From assembly GCA_965215885.1 (NCBI GenBank), contig CBDCEW010000104.1, positions 1 through 64,000 on the forward strand: 64,000 bases of DNA, written 5' to 3'. Source of the DNA: Candidatus Moanibacter sp. (GTDB lineage Bacteria > Verrucomicrobiota > Verrucomicrobiia > Opitutales > UBA2987). The notes below the pieces were generated by a model. It did no database searches. It was not told the origin of the DNA and saw nothing but the letters and a program-made list of their open reading frames with translations. A program made the translations under genes and the position numbers. Shown here one piece after another: positions 1 through 10,295 of this stretch. The stretch's first letter is position 1; every line of letters begins with the position of its first letter.

Positions 1-1619
1 CGCCCATGCGCGTGAGAAGAAGAAACTTCGATTGGAAGATCGCAGGTTCTTTGAAGGGCGCACAGCGGAGCTGCCGGAGCTGGACATCGAGGAGGAGAAT
101 ATTCTGGCTGCTGAATTGAATCTTGGGGCAGGCCGGCCGCGGATGCCGGCTTATGCGGTATACGTGTTCGTGATGATTCGAGGGTTTCTGGGTTCGTTGA
201 CCACGAAACCGGCACGGCGGTTTGTGCGCGAGTCGATGAGCTTGTACGGATTTTTGCAGAGCGGGGGACTGAGAATGCCGGCGGTGACGACGATTCTGGA
301 GAACGTGAACCTGGTCAGCCATACGACCCGCGAGTTGATCTTTGATAAACAGATTGGGTTTATCCTCCAGGAGCAATGGGACGATTTCGGGAAGCTGACG
401 ATCGACAGCACCTCGGTGAAAGCAAACAGCTGCTGGCCCACCGATGGGAAGATTCTGAGCGGTCTTTTGATGCGGGCCAATCGTTTGGGTCAGAAGTTGC
501 ATGTCTTCGGGCTGGAGGATTTTCGCAAGGGATGGGTTGGGCGTTGGCTGGAGGAAATGGACAAGCTGGAGTTTCAGATTTGTCTGGCCGCGGGCAAACC
601 GAAGTCGAAGGGCAAGCTGAAGAAACCACTACCGGCGGTTGCTCAAGCGGGGCCGCAAGCGCGGCCGACTCACTAACGGGGGAACTGAGCCATCTTGAAG
701 AGGGCCTGTCGATGGATTCACTGCCTCCCACTCGCCGGGGAGCTTCTGGAGCGGGCATTGGAGCCAGATCAGGGGCGATATTGCCGACGCCAAGCGGGCT
801 GTTGAGTATGCTCATGATCGGGTGTTTCACGAAAAGAAGCTACCGTCCACACAGAAGGTCCTGAGCCTCTCGGACGGATCGGCGGCCTACATCAAGAAGG
901 GCAGCCGCAATCCAGTGATCGGGTACAAGCCACAACTGGTTCGCAGCGAAAACGGTTTTGTCACCAGCCTGATCGTACCGGCAAGGCAACGCGGCAGACT
1001 CCATTGAGCTGGCGCCGGCCATCGGCGATTCGATCAAGCGCACCGGTGTCATTGCTGAACTGGTCAGCACCGATGACGGATATGCTTCGGCGAAGGGACG
1101 CAAGGAGGTGCTGAGCATGGGGGTAAAGCAGATCAGTATCAGTGGGGCGAAGGGCAAGAAGTTGACCACCCCCGAGGACTGGGAGAGCGAGGCGTATCGC
1201 GAGGCACGCCGCGATCGCTCCGCAGTGGAGTCGCTGATGTTCACGATTAAAGATGCGATTTGCCTTTGGCGAACTCGGCCGCCGCGGCATCGATGCGGTA
1301 GGCGATGAACTGCTCGAGAAGGTTCTGGCCTACAACTTCTGCCGCATCATACTGATGAAGAAACGCCGAGGGGAGGAACTGGAACAGGCAGCCTGAATCT
1401 GACCGCTTTGAAGCTCAGAGAAAAAAGCACCACGGGATGAGTATGCCTCCAGACAGCGGCAAATATACGTATTGTGCAGCAAGCCACGCCGATGGCCGCT
1501 CAATACCTGCTCATCGGCAGCGCCGGCAGCCTAAAACCCGAAACCTGCCAGCCATAGGCTGGTCCGCCCGTGGCGGAGAACCTTAAACCGCCCGCTCGAA
1601 AGGCTTTTCGAATGGGGTC
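1..1619 (+). mobile_element. IS5/ISNCY-like insertion sequence, copy 1 (left part outside window; transposase frameshifted here)
   Basis: Near-identical to 56958-58570; right end GCTTTTCGAATGGGGTC followed by TAG; ORF pieces 32-676, 822-1007 and 1108-1308 match the intact 56797-58347 transposase apart from single-base indels. Confidence 0.9.
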
Positions 1620-1667
1620 TAGCCAAGCCTGAAGGCAATCTAACAAATACCAAAGAGGAGATCATCA

Positions 1668-2013
1668 ATGCATCAAATCATCTGCGTTTCCGGGACGAAC
1701 CGACCCGATAATTATACCTCACGAGCCCTGGGGGTAGTCACTGATGAATTGGGCCAAAGGGGGGTAAAGACGGTGGTCTTCGATGCCTGTGATCTGACCC
1801 TTGCCTTTCCCGGTCATCCGGCAACAGAGGATGGTGAGCGACTTCGTGAAGCCATAGAAGAGGCTGCAGGGGTTATTCTCGCTACTCCCGAATACCATGG
1901 CACTTTTTGTGCGATGACCAAGCTCATCATTGAGAATCTTGGTTTTCCCTCAGCCTTGTCAGGCAAGCCTATGGCGCTGATGGGGGTGGCGGCGGGGAGG
2001 ATTGGGGCAATCA
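1668..2013 (+). pseudogene. NADPH-dependent FMN reductase, 3'-truncated by an IS4 remnant
   Basis: Motifs SGTNRP, TPEYHG, KLIIE and LSGKP; similarity stops after GRIGAI where the IS end TAACCCAGAAAATTGCAAG begins. Confidence 0.8.
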
Positions 2014-2652
2014 TTAACCCAGAAAATTGCAAGAGTCTCAGATTCAAAGACTTGGATTGTTCGCCCTTTCTATTTGCTCGTTTCGACCACAGCGGTGAGG
2101 AAATTCGCAGTTGAGCGAGTGCATTTTGGCCGGGTTATCTTCTCTACTTTTACCGTCTACCCCATTTTTTTTCACTTTGGCAGCATTTTATATGTACATT
2201 CGTTCATATATAGGATTTATCCTTCGGATGCAAAGTATAAAAAAAGCTGATTGTATCCGTCAAACCTTCCGTAAGTTGAACCTCACAGCCCTCGCTAAAC
2301 AGAGTGGTTTTAGAGAGAGGAAATCGCGCAAGATCCCCCCTCTGAACTTTGTTTTTGGCTTTGCTGGCGATGGCTTCTAAGGGGGCCTTGTCCCTTTGGC
2401 AAAGAAGCCTGAGCTTATTGGAATTCTTAGCCAACCGCACCATTTCCAGACAAGCGGTCCAAAAGTGCGCCAAAAAAGCCACCGCTTTTATGACCTTAGT
2501 GCTCCTGAGGCTTTTAGAACTTAAAGCTTATGGGCCTGTGGGCAGAGCTGTTCCAAATTGCATGAGGAGCTTTGAACGGGGTCTCATTGCCGACAGCACT
2601 TCGATTGGCTTGCCTAAGGTCCTGGCCCCCTTCTTCCCCGGAGCGTCCAATT
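2014..2652 (+). mobile_element. IS4-family (IS231-like) remnant: left end plus frameshifted N-terminal transposase fragment
   Basis: From ATG 2228: LAKQSGFRERKSRKI...ISRQAVQK...LIADSTSIGLP...FPG (first catalytic Asp motif); truncated near 2652. Confidence 0.75.
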
Positions 2653-2753
2653 TCCTTAAAGAATACGTCTGTCAGTAGCTAAGCATACCCTGGAGGAGAT
2701 GGTACGCAGTGGGGCTGCGCCTTGGTCGACCAGCGTTTAGCCCGCTTATTTCC

Positions 2754-3059
2754 TAGCGCAGCGAAGCCGCAACTTCAAAAAAGTTTCCAAATCTTTATTA
2801 CCAACCTCCATCAGAAGAGAACCGCAGATGCACGCGAATGAAGAAGAATTGTCCACGGAAATTACAGATCGGTTTCGCCATTAACCCGAAAATTGCAAGA
2901 TGTCTCCCGCTGGGCGGGATCGGTAGTGAGATTTTCGAGTTAGGAATCTGTCGGAATATTAATTCCTAATCCCGACGCAGATGAGACCGACAGCTTCCTT
3001 GTCTCTAGCAGCCTCATGAATGGAGTTCGAATAGACCCGCAAGGCTGCTAGAGGGCAAG
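2754..3059. repeat. Stack of mini-elements: left end of TIR-less family A (2754), TAACCCG-type mini-MITE (2882-2942), 28-bp TAGGAATCTGTCGGA element (2941-2968), CTAGCAGCCT hairpin (2998-3059)
   Basis: Inverted repeats read directly; the first three motifs recur elsewhere in the window. Confidence 0.65.
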
Positions 3060-3101
3060 AATCGGGTGGATCGATCAAACATACGATGATAGAATTGGAA
3101 A

Positions 3102-3953
3102 ATGAGCAACTATGAGAGCATGGCACGCGTCATTCGATATCTCGATGCCCATTACACGGAGCAGCCGACACTTGACGAGCTCGCGACTGCCGCAGATCTG
3201 AGTCCGTCCCATTTTCATCGACTGTTCCCCCGCTTGGTTGGTGTGACTCCGAAGGACTTCGTGCAATGTCTGACCATGCAGCACGCGAGGAAGCTGTTGC
3301 ACAACGGTGAGAGCGTATTGGATGCGGCTCTGGATTCGGGACTATCGGGCCCCGGAAGGCTTCACGATCTCTGTGTCACACTGGAGGCGGCCTCCCCGGG
3401 CGAATTGAAAAATGGTGGCGATAATTTGGTAATTAATTATGGCTATGCATCAAGTCCGTTTGGTGATTGCCTCGTGGGTGAAACGTCTCGCGGGATCTGC
3501 AATTTGACCTTTCCCGAAGAGGGTTGGGACGTTTCAGCGAAAACGACGCTATCGGACGAATGGCCACGGGCGCGATTGGTTCGAAGCGATGCCACAGCTA
3601 AACGCGTGATCGACGGAATCTTCCTAAAGAGAGACAACCCTGGAAGGCCAGCGGCACTCCGAGCCTGGGTAAAGGGAAGCCGATTCCAATTGAAAGTCTG
3701 GCGCGCGCTTCTAAGGGTTCCACTCGGTAGACTTGTGACCTATGGACAATTGGCAAGAGAGATAGGCCAGCCGAGTGCAGCCCGCGCCGTCGGCTCAGCT
3801 GTTGGATCAAACCTCCTCGGAATCCTCATCCCATGTCATCGCGTCATACTCGGTACCGGCGCAATCGGGCAATACCGCTGGGGCACCGGAAGAAAGCTCG
3901 CCCTGGTGGCATGGGAAGGTGCTCTTTCAAGGGAAGTAAACAGTGTTCGGTAA
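3102..3953 (+). CDS. Bifunctional AraC-type HTH regulator / methylated-DNA-protein-cysteine methyltransferase (Ada/Ogt-like)
   Basis: N-terminal LSPSHFHRLF HTH; C-terminal FQLKVW, TYGQLA, ARAVGSA and IPCHRV active site. Confidence 0.92.
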   Translation: MSNYESMARVIRYLDAHYTEQPTLDELATAADLSPSHFHRLFPRLVGVTPKDFVQCLTMQHARKLLHNGESVLDAALDSGLSGPGRLHDLCVTLEAASPGELKNGGDNLVINYGYASSPFGDCLVGETSRGICNLTFPEEGWDVSAKTTLSDEWPRARLVRSDATAKRVIDGIFLKRDNPGRPAALRAWVKGSRFQLKVWRALLRVPLGRLVTYGQLAREIGQPSAARAVGSAVGSNLLGILIPCHRVILGTGAIGQYRWGTGRKLALVAWEGALSREVNSVR

Positions 3954-4050
3954 GCAGTGATCCCTTCGATCTGTTTCTCCGCTTCCGCATACCTGTCGTC
4001 GAACTGCCCCGTCCTGTCAAAGCTGAGTTAATGTTGGCCGCAAAGAGGTC

Positions 4051-4367
4051 TAGCGCAGCAGAGCCGCAACCAAAAAAGAAAAAGAGAACCGCAAATGGAC
4101 GCAAATGAACGCGAATAAAGAGGAAGGCACCACGGGTTCGAGAAAACCGCAGATTTGATGAAGAGGGATTCCCAACGGTTCGACAGGTTCGCCCCGAACT
4201 CATAAACAGTGAGGAGATTCTTGATCGAATCGAGAAAGTAACTCGGAATACCCTGGTAACCTTGTCCCGAACCTCGTCCCGAACCTTGTCGACCCCACAA
4301 CCTTGAGTACCAACATGTTACACTCCAAACCGTGTTCAAAAAACTAAGTTCTGACGGATAGTAATAC
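4051..4367. mobile_element. Non-autonomous TIR-less element, family A copy 1
   Basis: Ends TAGCGCAGCAGAGCCGCAACCAAAAAAGAA and GTGTTCAAAAAACTAAGTTCTGACGGATAGTAATAC shared with 30338-30546. Confidence 0.7.
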
Positions 4368-4554
4368 AAAAGACGCAAAGATATGCGGTCAGGTTTTTGC
4401 GTTGGGTTCTATCGGCACCTCGGTTAGAACGATGATGGAAATTTGGAGGATGGACAGATCAGATTCAGAAAGAACTTGAACTGAGGATTCTTTGCCCTAC
4501 GGCAGGGCGGGTTAGTGTGCGTGACGAAATAGCGTGACTTGGCCCCAGTTACGC

Positions 4555-4619
4555 CGAAAAGCTCCCGCTTTCCGCTACGATTCGGATCGGAGAGTGTAGC
4601 GGAAAGCGGAAGCTTTTCG
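4555..4619. repeat. GTAG-family REP inverted doublet (REPIN-like), copy 1
   Basis: 24-nt GTAGCGGAAAGCGGRAGCTTTTCG units, inverted, 17-nt spacer. Confidence 0.8.
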
Positions 4620-4835
4620 TCCTGGCGCTTACACAGGTGGCAATCTCAGTTTGATCCAACCGGCCTGCTCGCCTGGGGGCGCAACTAGCCTGAATCCTCC
4701 CTTCGCACGGCAGATCTGGATCCGGCGTGGATCGTGCCTGGGCTGGACCAACCTGATGATTCATGATCTCAAGTCTGGTCAACAGGTAGGTTACCGATAT
4801 ATGCTGCTATTTACGATTCATCGAACGCAGTTGCA

Positions 4836-5669
4836 ATGACGACTACCCGCCTATCTGTTTCAACTTGGAGCTTAAACGGCACGCTTGGCCGCCCTGCCAT
4901 CTATGGGCCGGAGGCGGGGAACCGTGTTCCAAGTGATGTTTCGAGCGAGGACGCGCTTCCACTCCTGGAACTACCTACACGCCTCAGAGATTTCGGTATT
5001 GGAACATTGGAAATCTGCCATTTCCATTTGCCTTCCCGAAACCGAGGCTACATCAGCGAATTACGAGATGCTTTCAAAGAGAACGAAATCGAGCTGTTCT
5101 CCTTTCTGGTTGATGGGGGTGACATCACGCATCCTCAAAACGCTGAGCGTGATCTCGATTGGATCGCCGGTTGGTTCGAAGTGGCTCGGGAACTTGGTGC
5201 CCGCTGTGTGAGAGTTATTGCCGGCAAAAACAAACCGAATAAAGAGAGTCTGCAAATGAGCCGGCAAGGATTACAGTCTCTTGCGGCCAGGGCGAGTGTT
5301 CAGCATCTTCGCCTCATGACCGAGAATTGGTTTGACCTATTGTCCAGTCCACAACCGGTTCTTCAATTGCTCGGTGAGTTGGAAGGAACGGTAGGGCTTT
5401 GTATGGATTTTGGCAACTGGAGCGGAGCTACGAAATATGAGGACCTGGCAGCGATTGCGCCTCTTGCAGAATCATGCCATGCACGTGCCGATTTTGTTGG
5501 TTCATCTGAACCACAACTCGATGAATCCGATTTTCAACGGTGCCTGAATATCACGCGCGAAGTCGACTTCAGCGGGCCCTACACGCTCATTCCCACCGGT
5601 TGCCGGGAAGACGAATGGGAAGCGCTACGCGTCGTGCGGGACGTAACATTGCCTTATACGGAGCCTTGA
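4836..5669 (+). CDS. Sugar phosphate isomerase/epimerase (xylose isomerase-like TIM barrel)
   Basis: LSVSTWSL start, ARELGARCVRVIAG, LMTENW, DFGNW and SCHA metal-binding motifs. Confidence 0.85.
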   Translation: MTTTRLSVSTWSLNGTLGRPAIYGPEAGNRVPSDVSSEDALPLLELPTRLRDFGIGTLEICHFHLPSRNRGYISELRDAFKENEIELFSFLVDGGDITHPQNAERDLDWIAGWFEVARELGARCVRVIAGKNKPNKESLQMSRQGLQSLAARASVQHLRLMTENWFDLLSSPQPVLQLLGELEGTVGLCMDFGNWSGATKYEDLAAIAPLAESCHARADFVGSSEPQLDESDFQRCLNITREVDFSGPYTLIPTGCREDEWEALRVVRDVTLPYTEP

Positions 5670-5863
5670 TCCCGCTGATCGGAAGAACAGAATTGTAGAA
5701 ACCATTTCGAGTTTGTAGTACAGAAGCACACGGAGGAGATAAAAAACCTTTCGACTACGCCAAGGGCGGCTAGGAACGCAGCATTGTTAAAGGCTGTGGT
5801 TACAGGAGATCACGATCAGGTGACACTTGGGGAGGGACGTAATCGTGAGAAAAGAGTAGAGAT

Positions 5864-7126
5864 ATGAAGAACCGGATCATTAGATTGTCCGATTCACCGA
5901 GGGATCTCGAGGCACTGTATCGGGCAAACTCGGAGGAGTTTACTTGTGCCTTTCCTAATGCCCATGCCGAGTTGCCTGACTCACCGATTATGCAGGCTTG
6001 GAAGGAGCGCCTGTTTTTCGATGGGGAAGCACAAGATAGAGATTCCGGATCCCGCCTGTTTATCCGTTACATTCTGTTGACCGTGTTTCTTTCGTTGGTC
6101 GCTGGAACTATGGCGAAAATGCCTCACTTCTTTCCTTCTCTCGATGAAGAGATTTTCTACACTCGAAACCTTGGAGGCATTATTGCCGGAGCTTTAATCG
6201 TCTATTTCTGTATCCAGAATTCGTGTCGAACTAAGATCTCGGGGATCATTCTTACCCTCGCGTTGGGGGCGATTCTCTACTTGAATCTTCTCCCGGACCA
6301 ACCGAATTCTCAGACGATAGTTCTCTCCTGTTTACATATGCTGTTCTTCTTCTGGTCTCTGGTAGGGATCGCCTACCTGCGGGGAGCTTTCAGGGAATTG
6401 AAAGGGAGAATGAACTTTATTCGGTACAATGGGGAACTGCTGATCTATACGACCGTTATTGTAATCGGTGGGATAGTGCTCACAGGACTGACTTTTGCCT
6501 TATTCGATGTGATCGGTCTGGATATTGAAGAATGGTATCTGAAGAATGGCGTCATTTATGGAGCGATAGCATCTCCTATCGTTGCAACTCTACTCGTCGA
6601 GCGAGTTGTTAACAGGCATTCCAAAATCGCACCCCTGTTGGCCAAGATATTTGTCCCATTGTTCCTTTTGACTGTAATCACTTACCTGTTTGCTATGGTT
6701 GCGAGTGGGAGAAGTCCGTTTACGGACAGAGACTTTCTTATCGCCTTCAACGCCCTGTTGTTCGTAGTGCTGGGCCTATCCGTTTTTTCCATTTCCGAAC
6801 GTGGGATAAAGCGATCAGCAGGTGTCGTCGACATTATGAACATCGGTTTAACCGCGGTTACGCTGATGATCGACATCGTCGCCCTGGCTGCGATTTTGTA
6901 TCGATTAACATCCTATGGATTCAGCCCCAATCGCCTGGCCATGCTTGGTGCGAATCTCCTGATTTTCTGCCACCTGGCGGGTATCCTCTTTCACTACCTG
7001 CGTTTTGCGCGGACAAGCGGTCCCTTTGAGAAAATCGAAGATTGGATCGTCCGATATATCTCAGCGTATACCTCATGGAGCCTGTTCGTTGCCGTGGGAT
7101 TTCCGCTGATATTCTGGTTTGAATAG
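5864..7126 (+). CDS. Multi-pass membrane protein (DUF4153-like)
   Basis: About 11 hydrophobic segments; FIRYNGEL, SPFTDRDFLIAFN and YGFSPNRLA motifs. Confidence 0.7.
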   Translation: MKNRIIRLSDSPRDLEALYRANSEEFTCAFPNAHAELPDSPIMQAWKERLFFDGEAQDRDSGSRLFIRYILLTVFLSLVAGTMAKMPHFFPSLDEEIFYTRNLGGIIAGALIVYFCIQNSCRTKISGIILTLALGAILYLNLLPDQPNSQTIVLSCLHMLFFFWSLVGIAYLRGAFRELKGRMNFIRYNGELLIYTTVIVIGGIVLTGLTFALFDVIGLDIEEWYLKNGVIYGAIASPIVATLLVERVVNRHSKIAPLLAKIFVPLFLLTVITYLFAMVASGRSPFTDRDFLIAFNALLFVVLGLSVFSISERGIKRSAGVVDIMNIGLTAVTLMIDIVALAAILYRLTSYGFSPNRLAMLGANLLIFCHLAGILFHYLRFARTSGPFEKIEDWIVRYISAYTSWSLFVAVGFPLIFWFE

Positions 7127-7355
7127 CGGGATTGCCCGATTCCTTTCGGGAGGAAGAGATGTCTACAGAAGGAAACAAAGAAAAACGAAGTGGAAGAGGA
7201 AAGTGATGGAGAGACGCGGGGAGTCGGAGACGGGGAAAGGGGGAGAGTAGGAGAGGGTAGAAAAGATCCTGATCGTTCTCAACCTCGTAATCGTCCTCGT
7301 TCTCGAAGTAAGAGGGATGCCCGCTAAACACACGAAAACGCGCGAAAGTTGCTCA

Positions 7356-7440
7356 CTCTTCCGTCGTGAATCATGGTCGTAATCTAAAATCGAAAGAAGA
7401 GAAGATCGACTGAAGATTACGATTAGGATGCACGATGAGA
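7356..7440. repeat. Dispersed ~110-bp repeat family C (GAAGATCGAC...GATTACGATT), copy
   Basis: Aligns by eye with 59852-59932 and tandem units at 61551-61808. Confidence 0.7.
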
Positions 7441-7595
7441 GCACCTTTTCGGTCTACTGCTGTGGATGATTTTTCGGCAGCCTTTGTTCGTATTTCGCCG
7501 AAATACGAACATAAGCTCTTGGTAGTTGAATCATCTAATCGTCGCCCGCTTACTCGGTCTGCTTTAAGGCAGAGCAATTCAAATCAGGGCCAAGA

Positions 7596-7660
7596 CGAAA
7601 AGCTTCCGCTTTCCGCTACGCCCATCGATCCGTAATGTAGCGGAAAGCGGGAGCTTTTCG
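7596..7660. repeat. GTAG-family REP inverted doublet (REPIN-like), copy 2
   Basis: Same 24-nt units and 17-nt spacer as 4555-4619. Confidence 0.8.
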
Positions 7661-7684
7661 ACATTTTCCCATCAAATCGAACGA

Positions 7685-9817
7685 TTAGAGCCGCCCCTCC
7701 CGTGCCATTTTCTCTTTATCGAAATCGGCGAATGATTTGCCTTGTTCGGCGAGTTGTTTGAGGAGCGGCGCGGGTTTCCACCAGGGACCGAGCTCCCGCT
7801 CGAATTGGGAGATGCGCTGTAAGACCTTCTCCAAACCCACAGTGTCGGCATACCGCATCGGGCCCCCTCTGTGCGCGGGAAAGCTGAATCCATAAATGGC
7901 GATGATATCGATATCGACGGACCGAAGGGCCATTCCCTCTTCGAGGATCCGTGCCGCCTCATTGATGAGGGCATAAAGCGGACGCTCAATCATTTCCTGA
8001 GGACCGATGGCACGTTGCTCAATGCCGGCCTCTTTTGCGCATTCGGCGAGGATCGCTTCAACTTCAGGATCGGGAATTGGCGCCCGGCTCCCCGGTTCGT
8101 AACGATACCAACCGGCGTTGGTTTTCTGTCCCCAGCGCCCCATATCCCCAAGCCGGTCAGCGGCTCGAAGCAGTCGCTCACCCGGCATGGATGATTCGCC
8201 TTCCTCATTGAGGATTCGTGAAGCGATATCAAGACCGGCAAGGTCCCACATTGCGAACAAGCCCATGGCCATTCCGAATTCGACCAATTCCTTATCAATT
8301 TCATGAATCTTTGCCCCTTCTTCAGCCATGTATTGGCACTCACGTCCGTAGGGACCCATCATGCGATTGGCGACGAATCCATTGCGGTTGCCCACGACAA
8401 CACCGATCTTATTCAGTCTTCGAGCGATCGCCATGCAAGTAGCGATAGCCTCCTTACTGGTTTGCTCACCGTGCACGATTTCGGTCAGGCGCATGACGTT
8501 GGCAGGGCTGAAGTAGTGAGTACCAATAACCTGATCGGGACGATTTGTAGCCGAGGCAATCTCATCGATGTCCAGAGCTGAGGTATTCGATGCCAGAATG
8601 GCGTGAGGAGGCGCAACTTCATCAATCTCCGCGAAAACACGTTTCTTGAGCTCCATCTCTTCGAAGACCGCCTCTATCACGATATCGACATCCGAAAGAT
8701 CGCCGTAGCTTACGGTGGGCGTAATCCGTGCGATACGCTTTTCTACCTGTGTCTCGGTAAAGCGCCCACTCTTCAGGGATCTCGCATAGTTGCTCCGAAT
8801 CGTCTCCATTCCCTTTTCTAACCGCTCGCGATCAACCTCCACAAGTGTGACCGGAATTCCCGAATTAACAAAGGACATCGTGATTCCTCCTCCCATCGTC
8901 CCACCGCCGATGACAGCGGCACGATTGATTGGATAAGTCTTAGTGTCCCTTGGCAAATTGGGGATTTTTCTGACCGTTCGCTCCCCGAAGAAAACATGGA
9001 TCATGTTCCTCGACTCTACGGTGTCGTACAATTCCTCGAAAATCCGGTTCTCCACTTCGAGTCCTTTTTCAAAGGGCAATACCGATGCTTCGACCGCCTT
9101 AAGTGGTGCCTTGGCTCCTCGCGATTTGCGCTTCACGCTGGCTCGAAGACGGGACATAGTGGCTTCCTCGGCTTTTGAATCCTCTGAGGATATAGGGAGG
9201 TCCCGAGTTTTTCTCGGGGGCTCACCGGATGCCACGATCTCACGAGCAAAGGCCTGCGCCCCGGCCAGCAGATCGCCCTCCGTTATTCGGTCCACAATCC
9301 CGCATTCTTTTGCCTCGGCGGAGGAGATCATTTTGCCGAAGGCGCACATTTCCGCCGCTTTGAGGAGGCCGGCTAAACGCGGAAGGCGCTGCGTACCCGC
9401 GGCCCCGGGAATGATGCCGAGCTTCACCTCAGGTTGTCCCACTCGCACTGAAGAATCCGCCATTCGCGCGTGGCACGCCATAGCCACTTCCAGACCACCG
9501 CCCAACGCCGTGCCATGGATAGCGCACACGACGTGTTTGGGGGAATCTTCCAGCTTGCTGAGAAGAGGATGAAATCCTCCCCGTTTACGCCTCTCGGTAT
9601 CGATCGCCTTTCCGAAACTTCGGATGTCAACCCCGGCGATGAAAGTCCGGCCCTCGCCGATGAGGACGATCGCTTTTACGGATGGATCTCTTTCCGCGGT
9701 TTCGACACCCTCACAGATCCCTTCGGGCATCCCGAGGCAAAGCGCATTGACGGGTGGATTGTTAACGGCAATTACCGCAATGTCATGCTCGACCCGATAG
9801 GAGACCAATTCACTCAT
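7685..9817 (-). CDS. Bifunctional enoyl-CoA hydratase / 3-hydroxyacyl-CoA dehydrogenase (FadB/FadJ-like)
   Basis: NNPPVNAL, ALGGGLEVAMACH, GQPEVKLGIIPGAAGTQRLPR; GGGTMGGG NAD-binding; LASNTS; HYFSPAN. Confidence 0.95.
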   Translation of the reverse strand: MSELVSYRVEHDIAVIAVNNPPVNALCLGMPEGICEGVETAERDPSVKAIVLIGEGRTFIAGVDIRSFGKAIDTERRKRGGFHPLLSKLEDSPKHVVCAIHGTALGGGLEVAMACHARMADSSVRVGQPEVKLGIIPGAAGTQRLPRLAGLLKAAEMCAFGKMISSAEAKECGIVDRITEGDLLAGAQAFAREIVASGEPPRKTRDLPISSEDSKAEEATMSRLRASVKRKSRGAKAPLKAVEASVLPFEKGLEVENRIFEELYDTVESRNMIHVFFGERTVRKIPNLPRDTKTYPINRAAVIGGGTMGGGITMSFVNSGIPVTLVEVDRERLEKGMETIRSNYARSLKSGRFTETQVEKRIARITPTVSYGDLSDVDIVIEAVFEEMELKKRVFAEIDEVAPPHAILASNTSALDIDEIASATNRPDQVIGTHYFSPANVMRLTEIVHGEQTSKEAIATCMAIARRLNKIGVVVGNRNGFVANRMMGPYGRECQYMAEEGAKIHEIDKELVEFGMAMGLFAMWDLAGLDIASRILNEEGESSMPGERLLRAADRLGDMGRWGQKTNAGWYRYEPGSRAPIPDPEVEAILAECAKEAGIEQRAIGPQEMIERPLYALINEAARILEEGMALRSVDIDIIAIYGFSFPAHRGGPMRYADTVGLEKVLQRISQFERELGPWWKPAPLLKQLAEQGKSFADFDKEKMAREGRL

Positions 9818-10295
9818 TCGAGGCTTCCGGTGACGAGCCTGATAAAATTCTCATTGTATTTATCAAAGTTGCTGCCACGGTGGTTACGGGTCATGACAAT
9901 GACGAGCTGATGCTCCGGATCGATCCGCAAAGTGGTGCTGGAAGCTGCCCCGTGGCCAAAGGTTCCTTTTCCCAACCCTGACCCACGATACTCGGCCGTG
10001 CCGATTCCGTAAACGCGATCGATTGCGTGCGTGATTAGCGGTTCAATCGGAGCCGGCAGGAAATGTTCGAAAGTCGCTTCGCTCATAAACTGCCATTCCC
10101 CGTAGGAACCCTTGTTCAAGAGCATTTGAGCGATACGGGCCAAGTCCTCGGCGGCGGCATAAGACATCCAGGACATACTGAAGAAAGCTGCGTTGCGACA
10201 CCCTAATGGGTTGAGGAGATGGAGTTCGTAAAAGGCCGGGAGGGGCCTCGCCGGTCAATCGTTCAATTATCTTCCCGGCCAACTCGTTATCGGTG
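9814..10295 (-). pseudogene. Serine hydrolase (beta-lactamase family) C-terminal remnant, cut by ISAs1 element
   Basis: LAGKIIERLTG, DLARIAQMLLNKG, TFGHGAASST and IDPEHQLVIV motifs; frameshift near 10240; 5' part replaced by IS. Confidence 0.75.

Noticed and set aside
620..1270. Programmed frameshifting in IS copy 1
   Set aside because: Many scattered single-base indels relative to the intact copy 2; looks like sequencing error or decay
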